A stretch of 20,968 bases of DNA from Tubiluchus corallicola (GCA_030141605.1 JAQGDQ010001925.1:1-20968); one strand, 5' to 3'. Shown: positions 9,426-20,952, numbered from the stretch's first letter. Program-made: numbers and translations. The notes: generated by a model not told the origin, from the sequence alone.

Positions 9426-10648
9426 CCCCATTTGATAGCATGTAATAGTCCAGTGGGTTCCCATGAACGACAAGGCTTTGTGGCCTGCAGATACACAACA
9501 TTTTTAACAACATTATTTTATTTTTTGTAAAACTGTCGCAGCATATTTTTAGTTTTTTTGGTGATATACTGGTGGAAATGTATGTACAATGTATGTACCA
9601 ATTAGATTTTTTAACTTATATTTGTTCAGGAGCTTCTGGTGCCTGGGGGATTGACAGAAGCTCACTGAAAATATCCACTAAACGAGCAAAAAACGACGAA
9701 TAACTACTAAACTACAAGATTTTTGCAATATTGCATGTGAAATAGCTTACGTCATGCTTCACACAACGTTTTTCCCTCGTTTAACAACAACCTTTAAATA
9801 ATTAGCCCTAATAAATTGGCAATTTTGCTGAGAAAGATTAAAAACATGGGAACATGCATGCTAAATTGCCAAAATTGTTTACGTCCTGAATTTTGTAACC
9901 ATTTTAAAAGAAATGGTAAGCAATTAGTTAGGGTCTTTGATTTTTTATTACCTTTGAAAAAGAAGCTCGTTCATTCACCCTTTCACACATTATTTCAGAC
10001 TTCATAATAATTTTTGATTAATGAAATAAATGGCTTGTGGCTATTAATTAATTTATTATAATCTGTAGCGGACTGTTACTACCACACCAACTGTTTTACC
10101 TTTTTTTCCTCAGAGCACCTGTGTAACTGCTGGTTCTTCACCTTGAGCATTCCTATATGCAGAACAGTTGTTAGTAAATACAATTTTTCCTTCGGACCAC
10201 TTACCTGTGGAATGCTTTAGAAGAAAATTGTTTCCCTACAACCTCGCACACTAAACAGTAACATTTACAGACACCTCTTATTACCTTACTACTAGAATTT
10301 TTAGTTGAATGAATTCTTTTTCCTCGGCTGCAATTCTATTTCTTCTTTCTAGTGTAGTTTCTTCTTTTTACATTGTTACACTGGCTTTATGTGGACGATT
10401 TATTACAAAAAACCACTATAATGCAAAACTCTTTAGTGACACTGCAGAGTTTCTGGGAATGATCCCTTTTCAGTTTTTTTTTCAAACCTTTAATAGAATA
10501 ATGTTTCTATTAGTGGCTGTGTTAGCAAAACTGTTGCATTTTTCTAAGATTAAGATTTTGCAAGGAATAGATCATAGGCAATAAATTAAGATCTATTTTG
10601 TAATAATTTCTACAGCTGAATCGTAAAATGAGAATTGCAATAATGGGG
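9426..10648. mobile_element. Possible old piggyBac-like non-autonomous element
   Basis: TTAA/CCCCATT ... AATGGGG/TTAA; only 7 bp of TIR match. Confidence 0.25.
10060..10290 (+). pseudogene. Decayed LINE ORF2 3' fragment
   Basis: With one frameshift reads LSIPICRTVVSKYNF-LRTTYLWNALEENCFP, matching the common LINE C-terminal RT..SFFPRT..LWN.LP motif. Confidence 0.45.
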
Positions 10649-11489
10649 TTAAACGACCATTGAGTCGTGCAAGTGTTGTCGACATCGAACAAAGTTCACA
10701 ACTTCAAAGATTAGAACCTTTGTCAAAACACTGAACGAGCCTTGCTCTTCATCAGCTTGGTGATCATGCACTCAGATTGAACTTGCAAGTGCTCGTGTTA
10801 TTTCAGCAAAGCTCTGCATTCCCCCAATTAAGTTATTTCAGCAGTGCAAAAAATTTTGTTAAAACGACAGCCGTTTTTCGTCAGATTGAAATAATATTGG
10901 AGTCCAACGTGTTTGCCTCATTTGTGAAGGTGCAAAGCAGTTTAACTAGTTAAATTTCTTCTGTAATTTTCACTGGCATATTTTCCACTAGTTTTTCTAG
11001 ACTGCGGCTTCTCAGCGGCAGTGCGAGTCAGTCAGTGAGTCAACTAGTTAGAGATTGCAAAACTGCAAGAGATTTACAACTGTAAAACTTGGACGAGTCA
11101 TGCAGCAAAATGGCAATAACTGAAAGAACTAACAAGAGGAGGGTAGTTTTTTGTGGGTGGTGGTGACCTTGAATGAGTCTTACAAGGTCAATGTCAGTTT
11201 TCTCATAAATTTTCAGCAATTAGGCAATACATGTATCTATCGCAGAATGTCAATCAACCCGTGGGGGTCCACCGCGCAATGGCCAATCAGACCCGCTGTC
11301 TTTTGCCTCTAACAGCTTTTCGATTGCTTGTGTCAGGACTTTCTCCCACCTCGGTGGTATTTGCACATAAAATGCATAATAATTTACAGGGAAAGTGTGT
11401 ATTCATGTGTTCATATCAGTAGGCCTATAATGTGTAATATTAATTATTAACTTAATATTAACAGTTCTATTAATGCTACTTAAACNAGT

Positions 11490-12594
11490 CTAGTATATAA
11501 CTTTGGGTTGCATATTGACAACAATATGAAGTGGTCTACCCATATTTCCTCTACAGCAACAAAACTAAACAAAACAGCTGGTATTTTTAGCCAAGTTAAG
11601 ACATTTTATTAATTTGCCTGTTAAATTACCATGCATTAGTCTATCCGTACCTCCAATACTGTGTGTTGTCATGCTGGCAAACAAAAAAATACTTATTACA
11701 ACCACTAATAACAGTTCAGAATAAAATAGTTAAATACATGACTTTCGCCAATTACAGAGACCATGCAACATCTTCATACATACACCTTAGTTTATTGAAA
11801 ATAGAAGATATTTATAATCTTGAATTATTTAAATTCATGTATAAGTACAATAACCGGCAGTTGCCTGAATTATATACTAACTACTTTACCTTAATCAAAG
11901 ATGTTCACTCTCACTATACTAGGTCTTCCAGTATGGGACACTATTTTCAAACACGATTTAACACAGCGTATGGCTTAAATACCTTACAGCACAGTGGAGT
12001 TATTTTGTGGAATAGTGTACCCAATACAATCATTTCCTCTCCTTTACAAATAGCTACCAAACAACATAAGATATTTTTACTTAGTAAATATTCATTGGCG
12101 TAGAAGACCAGAGCTTTTTTTCTCTTTTTGTGCACGTGTGTCTTTTTGCACTAATGTAGGTACCATTACGACCTTTGTTACTTTATTAGTAAAAGGTATA
12201 AATCAATGTAAATGAAATTATTCATTCATCGCAGCCTATATCAAAATCGTAATTACACATTATGTTTTCCTTATGTTTCCTTGCTATTATTACATCATTT
12301 ACTTTATTTCAAAATTATTTCAATATATCAAAATCATAATTACATATTATGTTTTCCTTATGTTTCCTTGCTATTATTACAGCATTTACTTTATTACATC
12401 AATTTCATTGAGTCATCTACAAAAGCATGCATAACTTTAATATTTTTTTCATTTTCATTTAAGTAAGGTGAGTGTGTTAATGACCGTATGGTCGTACACT
12501 CACCTCACACTACTCAAATCATTTTATTTATTGTTTATTTATGTGTACAATATGGTATTTTGATGTGTGAAATAAAATTCATAGTTCATAGTTC
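11490..12594 (+). mobile_element. 5'-truncated L2-clade (Crack/Daphne-like) LINE with 3' UTR
   Basis: GLHIDNNMKWSTHI, YPYLQYCV, VHSHYTRS and GVILWNSVP motifs (ORF 11663-12103); 3' stem-loop 12466-12505; AATAAA at 12571; TTCATAG repeat tail. Confidence 0.85.
12239..12397. repeat. Two-copy tandem duplication (87-bp period) in the LINE 3' UTR
   Basis: TATCAAAATCRTAATTACAYATTATGTTTTCCTTATGTTTCC at 12239 and 12326. Confidence 0.85.
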
Positions 12595-13015
12595 TAGTCA
12601 ATCGAAACAAATGCTACCAATATTTCAAAAATATTATTGCTGGAGTAAATAAACAATGAATATAGTAACAGAAGCATTGTTTACAATCTGTTGTTTTTCT
12701 GCTATTTTTAAAACTTTCTACTGATTGTTAAACTAAACACTTGGGAGCCGACAACACAAGAGCTGTCCATGTTTTTCACTTTTGTTTATATGCCGTAGCG
12801 AGTTGAAGCGAGCGAGTGTTTGCGAGAATGTGTTTTACGTCATCAAAGTGGGCGGGGCTAAACATCACTTGCGATCTAAAGTAATTAGTTTTACCCAATG
12901 AAGGAGCTCAAGATGGTGTATCTACTAAGCACTAGATTTGGAGCCACAGACTGATCAATGGATATTTACGCTGTTATCACAATTTTCTTTAGTTGCATTG
13001 AAGTTTGGTAGCTTT

Positions 13016-13034
13016 TTGCCAGCAGGTGGCAGTA
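13016..13034 (+). promoter_or_regulatory. CTCF-like motif
   Basis: CCAGCAGGTGGCAG (13019-13032) fits the core consensus CCASYAGRKGGCRS. Confidence 0.4.
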
Positions 13035-13186
13035 CATTTCTGGACAACCTGTTTGATAATGTTAACAGCATCTGTGACGCCATTTATTATTGAATTGCGA
13101 GGCATCTTTGCCTGAATTTATAATGGTAGTTCCTCTTATCAGAGGCTTTTTTCATATAAATTTGTTTTTGTGCTTTATTTATTTGC

Positions 13187-13690
13187 TTTAGAGCAAACCT
13201 GGACCCAATCTTGAACTGTAGGTCAAAACAATCTACTTTTTAAAATACTGAAAGGAAAGATACTTTTTTTCAAAAATAACTTACGTGAAAGAATTATTAC
13301 CACACAAACGTAACTTTGCGTTCGCCATTTGCTAGTTGGAGGGCACTAACATGTGCATTTCGGAAACACACTGCACAAAAAACAGGTGCTGTACTTCTCA
13401 GTTCAGATGTGTTAGTTTGTGACGAGCTACGCACGTTTGACAGCTGCCTGAGCATAGCGGTAAATTTAAAATTTGAATTTTTATCTTAAAACTTTTCTAG
13501 GTTTAGTACAACACACTGAATATCTTACAGTAGCACTGTAATTCAATTTTCGCTTTCGCAAATATGTGCAACACGCTTGTGGAATATTTTTGCTGTTGAA
13601 AATTATGTTAGTTTGTGATGTGATCAATAGTTGGGCTCGCCAAATTAAGTTTTTATTCTATTATTTGATTATCAGAAACGCTTTTGCAAT
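13187..13690 (+). repeat. Dispersed repeat, copy A (probable DNA-transposon end)
   Basis: Colinear similarity to 16261-16732, e.g. ACCCAATCTT, AATTATTACCACACAAACG, GAAAATTATGTTAGTTTGTGATGT. Confidence 0.75.
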
Positions 13691-13899
13691 ATTAATCGTG
13701 TTAAAATGTTACTTTTTATCGGACTTGAAATTGGAGTAGTATATGAAAAATCGTCCTTTCTTCCTTCAAGTGTCTGAAAAGTTAAGTCGCAAACCCCTGC
13801 ACCATTACGCAAATACTCATATAGCAAGTTAAACTAACATGTTGAGAGCGGTATGTTTCACTCAGGTTTTGAACACCCCACAGCAGTAAATTGTTTTAC

Positions 13900-13984
13900 A
13901 CCTGGATGCACACGGAGTTGAACCTGCGCGAACTACCTAAGCAATCTCAAGACCCACTGCTCTAGACCAGTGCACTATAATGCG
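13900..13984 (-). mobile_element. tRNA-derived (Ser/Leu-like) SINE head or tRNA pseudogene
   Basis: Minus strand has A box TAGTGCACTGG and B box GGTTCAACTCC with long variable-arm spacing; stems pair poorly. Confidence 0.45.
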
Positions 13985-14042
13985 CAGGTATTTTTGCGAA
14001 TGATTTTCTCATTGATTTTATACATGCATTGTTTACTTACAG

Positions 14043-14184
14043 GGGCATCAACTTGAATTTTCAAGCATTTTATCCAGAGACGGAAACGGGAAATCAGCCG
14101 GTGATCATTTTACATGGCCTCTTTGGAAGCAGTAAGAACTGGGTGCCCATTGCCAAGCAGCTTGTTCGGGACACGAACAGGAAG
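14043..14184 (+). CDS. ABHD11: ABHD11 exon 2
   Basis: ttacAG acceptor; GINLNFQAFYPETETGNQPVIILHGLFGSSKNWVPIAKQLVRDTNRK with the LHGLFG oxyanion motif; donor AAG/GTAAGT. Confidence 0.93.
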
Positions 14185-14303
14185 GTAAGTTGTCATTGTC
14201 TTCTTTGGCCGATATTTAATTTTAGATTTCTTCTAAATAAGGTAGTGAGTGTTCGCATTTAGCAAGTAACTAATTGCTAATATTGTATCTGCCATCTTGT
14301 AAT

Positions 14304-14365
14304 GTGCTAGTGGTGCTAGTGGTTGTGGTGCTAGTGGTGCTAGTGGTTGTGGTGCTAGTGGTGCT
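14304..14365. repeat. Short compound repeat (GTGCTAGTG / GTTGTG)
   Basis: Directly visible. Confidence 0.85.
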
Positions 14366-14454
14366 CAATCTTGACTCTTTCACATATGTGTGTTTGTAAT
14401 GTTCATTCCATGGAGTCAAGTTTCTGCAGTCGAACACTATCGTACCTATTTCAG

Positions 14455-14628
14455 GTGTACATCCCAGATGCCCGTAACCATGGCGACAGTCCGCACGTGG
14501 ATGTGATGGATTACACTTCCATGTCTCAAGACATTCTGCTTCTCATGAGGAGCCAAGGAATCGCTAAACCTGCTGTCATTGGTCACAGTCTGGGTGGCAG
14601 GACCGGAATGAGCTTAGCTCTTACGAAG
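14455..14628 (+). CDS. ABHD11: ABHD11 exon 3 (nucleophile elbow)
   Basis: tttcAG acceptor; VYIPDARNHGDSPH...VIGHSLGGRTGMSLALTK with GxSxG; donor AAG/GTAAAG; 174 nt. Confidence 0.95.
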
Positions 14629-15260
14629 GTAAAGATACTTGATTTTTGAACGGTCTGTTTGACTATCACGATTGTAATGCGTGTAGATTATATTTGGTTG
14701 CATTGTTTCTACGTCATTGTTCTGCATTGTTCTTAGCCAGACGTGGACCTCAACAGACAGTTCAGTAATGCAGTGACAATAAGCCTTTTCACAGTTCCAG
14801 CGATTGATGATGATCCTGAAAAGGTCAAAGGTTGAGTGACCCAGATAACACATTTGTGTACAGTTGACAATGCCTCAGGGCCCAAGCTGTTGTAATAGCA
14901 ACAGTTTTAACAGCTAGAACCTTACCTAGCTCATTTTTTCTTGTTCCCAAACAAGATCCTGCGGGTAAATCACTCTACACTCAGACTTACGCATAATTAA
15001 GTAAAGACCGCATAAAACAACTGAAGTTACTGAACTGATGGGGCAGATGGCTTTCTTTATCAATACTTCACGTGACGGTTGCTGTAGTATACTTAACTTT
15101 TGACCTACAGCAACTGCGCGTGCACGTACAACGAAACTGTTAAAAGACCTGTTATTATGGCGACTCATAAAAGCGCTTCAATAATGGCACCATTATTATT
15201 CTGTTTGGATTTTTAGTTCTGACCATCAATTATTTTCTCAGCTACCTGATGGTTTAAAGG

Positions 15261-15702
15261 CAGGGTGCATAAGATTATGGATATCAATAAAATAAGAAAT
15301 AGACTATATCTGGAACGAGATGCCCAGGGGGAAATCAATTAAAAAGTAAAGACAGGAGTGCTTGAAACGTGTTTTTAAACACGCAGGACTTAGTTTCAGA
15401 CCGAACTCCGGCTCATGCTTTGGTTGAAACTTCGCCATCTTGATAACAAAAAGACAATGAGAAAAAACAATGTAAAATAGCAAATCCGGAAATGCGCTTT
15501 TGTTGGTTTGTTTTCTTTCTCTTTCTCTCCTTCTAATGTTCGTTTTCAGTGTTGCCAATGCTCACAACTCGTTATTTTGTACAAAAAATCACAAAAAAAT
15601 ATTTTTTTTATTTTATGCATTTCTTATTTTATGGATTTTTCAAATTTTATTTTATGGATTTTTGGTCTTATTTTATGGATATCCATAATCTTATGCAGCC
15701 TG
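15261..15702. mobile_element. hAT MITE
   Basis: 25-bp TIR CAGG(G/C)TGCATAAGATTATGGATATC; perfect 8-bp TSD TTTAAAGG; TTTTATGGAT subterminal repeats. Confidence 0.92.
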
Positions 15703-15800
15703 TTTAAAGGGGAAGAAAAGCGTATTTTAAAGTATATCGCAAAGAACTCTATACAAAGTTATATTGTCCATTTTCTAGTGATTTAACAAAATTGTAATGT

Positions 15801-15926
15801 GTTAGTGTTAGTATTAGTATTAGTATTAGTATTAGTATTAGTATTAGTATTAGTATTAGTATTAGTATTAGTATTAGTATTAGTATTAGTATTAGTATTA
15901 GTATTAGTATTAGTATTAGTATTAGT
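15801..15926. repeat. (TAGTAT)n hexanucleotide microsatellite
   Basis: About 20 copies; explains the poly-LV ORF. Confidence 0.97.
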
Positions 15927-16043
15927 TTTACATTTGTTAAGCACCAGTGCAGTCTTTTCAGAGTTAGAATTTCACATTATACAATAAAACAGTGTAGCAT
16001 TGATTCAGTATCAAACAACTCATTTATTTGGTTGCATTTCCAG

Positions 16044-16214
16044 CCTTTGTCCGTGGAGAGATTAGTTGTTGTTGACGTGGCACCTCGGGACATGCAGGCC
16101 AAATCGTACTTCGTCAATTACCTGCAGGCACTGAAGAGTGTCGACTTCTCGCACGCGGCAAACATTTCCGAAGCTCGAAGCTCGGCTGCGGATTCTATGA
16201 AAAGCGTCATCGCT
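16044..16214 (+). CDS. ABHD11: ABHD11 exon 4
   Basis: tttccAG acceptor; PLSVERLVVVDVAPRD...ADSMKSVIA (cf. human PELVERLIAVDISP); donor GCT/GTAAGT; 171 nt. Confidence 0.93.
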
Positions 16215-16260
16215 GTAAGTGTTTGTAACTTTCTTCTAGATTAAAATAAACGCTGTACAT

Positions 16261-16732
16261 TTTAAAGCAAAACCACACCCAATCTTAAACGGTAAGTCAA
16301 AACAATCTACTCTTTTATTTTAAAGAATGACTTACGCAAAACAATTATTACCACACAAACGCAATTTTGCATTCGCGTCACTAGTTCTTTGCTGTTACCT
16401 GCATTTCGCCATTCGCTAGTTAGGCGGGCACTGAATTTCGGAAACAGTTGCGCAGAAAACAGGTGCTGAACATCTCAGTTTGTGACGTGCTGCACATGTT
16501 TGGCAGCTCATGCGTAAATTTGAAATTTGAATTTTTATCTTAAGAGTTGCCTAGTTTTAGTACAGTGGAAGATATACAATATAATATTGTTAGTACAATG
16601 GAAGATATACTGTACAACACCCTCATGGAATAATTTTGATGTTGAAAATTATGTTAGTTTGTGATGTCATCAATAGTTGGGCTATTAATTAAGTTTTTAA
16701 TCTATTATTTAATTATCAAAAATGCTTTGGCA
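16261..16732 (+). repeat. Dispersed repeat, copy B (TTAA-AG start, possibly Kolobok-like)
   Basis: Homologous to 13187-13690; begins TTAAAGCAAAACCACACCC; no matching right end found. Confidence 0.7.
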
Positions 16733-16814
16733 TTACAGACAACCTCGGATATAAGATATGTGAAATGCTTTTGCCTTGTTAGTTGTGTTAAAATATATCA
16801 GATTTCAAAATGGT

Positions 16815-17210
16815 TAGCAGTCGAGTCTGAAAAACATGTTTTATTGCATTGTCACCTTTATGATGACATTTTGTCATTCCAGTGTCTAAGCGCTAAAATC
16901 AATAATTTTAATGAGTTCAACGATAATGATAAATTAATGTCAGATACTGTCAGGTAATATTTGTTTAAAAGAATGCGCCAAAACCTGCCATCAAATGCTG
17001 GAAAGAAGGAACATTTTAACTAGTGTAATGATATGTTTTAATGTTTATTTAATGACTGTTGTAATTTATGTGTAAAATGATTGTTTTTAATGATTTTAAA
17101 GGTGTCTCGTAACTGTGTGGATACAGTGGTTTTAATTTTACTGAAACTGTATGTATTTTGTGTTTTAAATTGTTGTAAAATGAAAGATGACACTATAATA
17201 AACTAATTAT
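16815..17210 (+). mobile_element. LINE 3' end (RTEX-like zinc-knuckle C-terminus plus 3' UTR)
   Basis: AVESEKHVLLHCHLYDDI (ExExHxLLxCxxY) and, in another frame, ECAKTCHQMLERRNIL; AATAAA 17197-17202 followed by a microsatellite. Confidence 0.6.
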
Positions 17211-17491
17211 ACCATTCTGTACTTTACTGTACTGTACTGTACTGTACTGTGCTGTACTGTACTGTACAGTATTGTACTTACTGTACTGTACTATACTATA
17301 CTGTACTGTACTATACTATACTATACTATACTATACTATACTATACTATACTATACTATACTATACTATACTATACTATACTATACTATACTATACTATA
17401 CAGTGCTGTGCTGTGCTGTATTGCACTGTACTGTACTGTACTGTACCGTACCGTGCCATACCATACCGTACCATACCATACCATACTATAC
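17210..17491. repeat. Compound pentanucleotide microsatellite (TACTG / TACTA / TACCA)n
   Basis: Directly visible; explains the YYTIL ORFs. Confidence 0.97.
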
Positions 17492-17585
17492 GTGATCTCA
17501 ATAATGTCTGTAATGGTCTGTGCTAATTACTATTCCACTATAATTGCAATCATCTAACCTACTCGCTTCTCCCCTTTCATTTCAG

Positions 17586-17770
17586 TCGGAACTCGTGCGC
17601 GCCTTTCTCGTGACCAATGTGGTCGAATCCAGGCCGGGACACTTTGTGTGGAAGTGTAACCTAGACGCCATCTCAGATAACATAAAGCACATTACAAAGT
17701 TTACCTCCTACAATAGATCGTATCACTCCGACGTCCTGTTCGTCGGTGGCTCCATCTCTCCGCAGATAGG
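17586..17770 (+). CDS. ABHD11: ABHD11 exon 5
   Basis: tttcAG acceptor; SELVRAFLVTNVVESRPGHFVWKCNLDAI...LFVGGSISPQI(G); phase-2 donor GG/GTATGT. Confidence 0.92.
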
Positions 17771-17946
17771 GTATGTATACCTCGGGTATGTATGCTGAGC
17801 ACCGCACTTCTATTCGTCTTGTTTTTTTGCACATAAATGTCTCGTGCATTTGATTGCGTCTAAATCAGTGCTCTTCCTTGAGAGCAATATGTTAGGACTG
17901 CTAAAGTAGATTATCGCAAAATCACGTTTCTCTAAATGGTTTACAA

Positions 17947-18406
17947 CAGTGGTTCTTAACCTTGTTGGAGGTACCGAGCCCCACCAGTTTCATATGCGCA
18001 TTCACCGAACCCCTCTTTAGTGAAAAATAAAATATGATTTTTTTCAAATTCAAGACATAGATATGTTTTTTACTGGTACACAAAATGAGCCGTGCATGAA
18101 CATCACCTTGTTCAATGAACAAAACCAACACAATGCATAAACTCACAACAAATTACATACCTGCAAATCAGTGTGACTTCTGCTGTTGCCTTTGAGAGAC
18201 CAGTTCAGATATGCATGGCTTCACCTTGGCAAGTGCCACTCTCATGTCATTTTCACAGCAAAGTCTGTTCCTTTTCTTCGTTTTTATGTCCAGCATCCAC
18301 GATAATTCAAGTGTGTCCGGACCTCCGCGGCGGAAGCTCTGCGGAACCCCTGAGATCGACTCACCAAACCCCTAGGGTTCGATCGAACCCAGGTTAAGAA
18401 CCACTG
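17947..18406 (-). mobile_element. Buster/Charlie-type hAT deletion derivative with transposase C-terminus
   Basis: 16-bp TIR CAGTGGTTCTTAACCT; perfect TSD GTTTACAA; minus strand 18296-18168 encodes MLDIKTKKRNRLCCENDMRVALAKVKPCISELVSQRQQQKSH*. Confidence 0.93.
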
Positions 18407-19302
18407 GTTTACAAAGAGTCGAAATAAGTGTTTTATCGTATGCGAAACATGTTGACTGAATATGAATTCCAGTTTTGCCCATTACAAAAACTCGCAACGC
18501 CTTTTGCATTTGTTAACCTTTCTTGCAATACTAAAGAGTTAACACTAAAAGTTGAAAAAGATATTATTATGAAATTTTGCATTTTTAACGAAAACGAACG
18601 GGAATTCTTTTACCGTGAGTATGATAAACGCTTAAGATTACCTCTAATCGTTATAATTCTTTAGCGAAAATTTTCTGAGACTTGCTTTAACTAGGCCTTT
18701 TCTTGTCCTTTAATGCATGAGAATGGAAAGAAAAACTGGTTTAAGACTGCTTTCACGACGAGAACCATTGATTAGTACAGTCAAAAGAAAATGGATATAC
18801 AATTTTGTAAACCATTTATGTAGCTAGCTTGCTAGCTGTTATTTGTTTTCTATTATCTTCTGCTCACGAGTTTTACTTGTTTTTCTGATACACAATCTTA
18901 ACTCCCAAACTCTGCAAATTATTAGTTTTAGTGAATTATTTAAACTTTGTTTTGTACTTTCTTAATGTTGGCTGCACGCCGTCACGAACTTCTTAAATCT
19001 ACTTTCCCAAAATACCCGCGAACGCTACTTGTTAATTTTTCATTCTTGTATGCTAAGTACATTCATATCTCGGTTTGCTGGGCCTCACATTCACAGATAT
19101 CGGAAAATCCGGACAAAATCTGGTCCATTGAAAGTCCGCATAGTGCGGATACGGTCTGTTATTTCCACAGATGATCGCTAGTTGGCGGTGCGTTACTTTG
19201 TTTACATCATGTACATCAGTGTAAACACGTGCATATCTCTATGTATAAAAAGATGCGGAGTTATTGGAGTCAAATGCAGACGGTTTTTACATACTTTCGC
19301 AT

Positions 19303-19589
19303 AGGAGAGGCCCGCACTAAACGTTTTTGAGACAATTAGGCGATTGATTCTACATTACCATGAGTCTAATATGTCAGGAGTGGCCCGTACTAGACGTTTT
19401 TGAGACAATTAGGCGATTGATTCTACATTACCTTGAGTCTAATATGTCAGGAGCGGCCCGTACTAGACGTTTTTGAGACAATTAGGCAATTGATTCTACA
19501 TTACCGTGAGTCTAATATGTCAGGAGTGGCCCGTACTAGACGTTTTTGAGACAATTAGACGATTGATTCTACATTACAGTGAGTCTAAT
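19303..19589. repeat. 73-bp minisatellite, about 3.9 copies
   Basis: GGCCCG at 19309, 19382, 19455 and 19528. Confidence 0.95.
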
Positions 19590-19836
19590 GCACGGTGCCT
19601 ACTGTAGTAACTTAGTTTCGATAAATACGTTGAACTGGCAAATTCGTACCGACGTCTCCCCACTTTTGTCCGGCAAACCGAGATACGAGTGTAATAACTT
19701 TCTGTTGTTATTTTTTGTTGAAACACATAGCTGTCAGCTAGCAGGCAGTCAGACTACCACCAACCATGTGTCTCTGATATTGTGAGATTTTGCTTAAAAA
19801 TCTATTGCGTCTCTAACACTTCCGATTGTCTTACAG

Positions 19837-19984
19837 AAAAGAAGATTATCCAGAAATTCATAGACTGTTTCCTCGCGCCGAGATTAAGTACGTAGAGGGC
19901 GCCGGTCACTGGGTGCATTACGATAAGCCGCAGGAGCTACTCCATCTTCTGACGGAATTTCTTAACAAACCGAGCAGTCTGTAA
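19837..19984 (+). CDS. ABHD11: ABHD11 exon 6 (terminal, catalytic His)
   Basis: ttacAG acceptor, phase 2; KEDYPEIHRLFPRAEIKYVEGAGHWVHYDKPQELLHLLTEFLNKPSSL* with AGHWVH; TAA at 19982-19984. Confidence 0.94.
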
Positions 19985-20712
19985 CTTGGCGTGCGATCAG
20001 GGTGGATTTAGCACAAGGGACGCTAAGTTTGCTGCTGTTGCATGGGAGAAATTGGTTTTTACGGTTGTTAACACTGTGAGTTTTTAGCTAGAAGTGTAAG
20101 CTGCATGTAGTTCCAAGGTAAAATCTGTGATAATCGTTACTATTAAGTAACAAACCCATTAACGTCAGCCAATCACAAATGACACATTTTTTGTTCGTAT
20201 CAAAAGTGATTTTTTTTACTACGTAGTTGCAGAACGGAGCAATGTTATGCTTTGCCAGCTTATCGCCCATTGATGCTATATTGGCTTCGGGTTTCTGTGC
20301 GATTGTCCTAAATGATCTGTGAATGATTCATTAGTCATTAGCATTGTTCTGAGCTGCGCATAAACTATTTAACTGAACACATAATTTGTTAATTCCGGGT
20401 AAAATTTGTTTCGTTTTCTGAACGATTTTGCGTCGAAAATAATTAACAGGTGTACTGAATCAAAAAATAATATGGAGAGAGATCTTATTAACGTGTTGGC
20501 AGCCACGATCTTATTAACGTGTTGGCAGCCATATCGGCACCGCTTTTGATTTTTCCAGTGCACAATATGAAATGCACCGTCCGGGCACGTGAAATTTACT
20601 CGCGTCTAAATTTTACGCTTCTTTTGCTTTTAATGTTCAGTGTGTTGCAGTCTTGTGTGAATCTGCTTACCGTCTTATTTGAAATGAGGTTCGGTGCCAT
20701 GAGCTAGTCATT

Positions 20713-20952
20713 CTGCGAAATTACTGCGCTTGTGCGGGTGCAACCATTGTGAGAAATTACTGCGCTTGTGCGGGTGCAACCATTGTGAGAAATTACTGCG
20801 CTTGTGCGGGTGTGGCCATTGTGAGAAATTACTGCGCTTGTGCGGGTGCAACCATTGTGAGAAATTACTGCGCTTGTGTGGCCATTGTGAGAAATTACTG
20901 CGCTTGTGCAGCCATTGTGAGAAATTACTGCGCTTGTGCGGGTGCAACCATT
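20713..20952. repeat. 36/30-bp minisatellite, about 7 copies
   Basis: Unit TGTGAGAAATTACTGCGCTTGTGCGGGTGCAACCAT with 6-bp deletion variants. Confidence 0.95.

Noticed and set aside
10733-10757. Minus-strand hammerhead ribozyme core CTGATGA-AGAGC-AAG-GCTC
   Set aside because: The required GAAA after stem II is absent (GTTC instead).
15799-15987. Poly-LV membrane peptide ORF
   Set aside because: Translation of the (TAGTAT)n microsatellite.
17249-17557. Tyr/Cys-rich ORFs
   Set aside because: Translation of the pentamer microsatellite.
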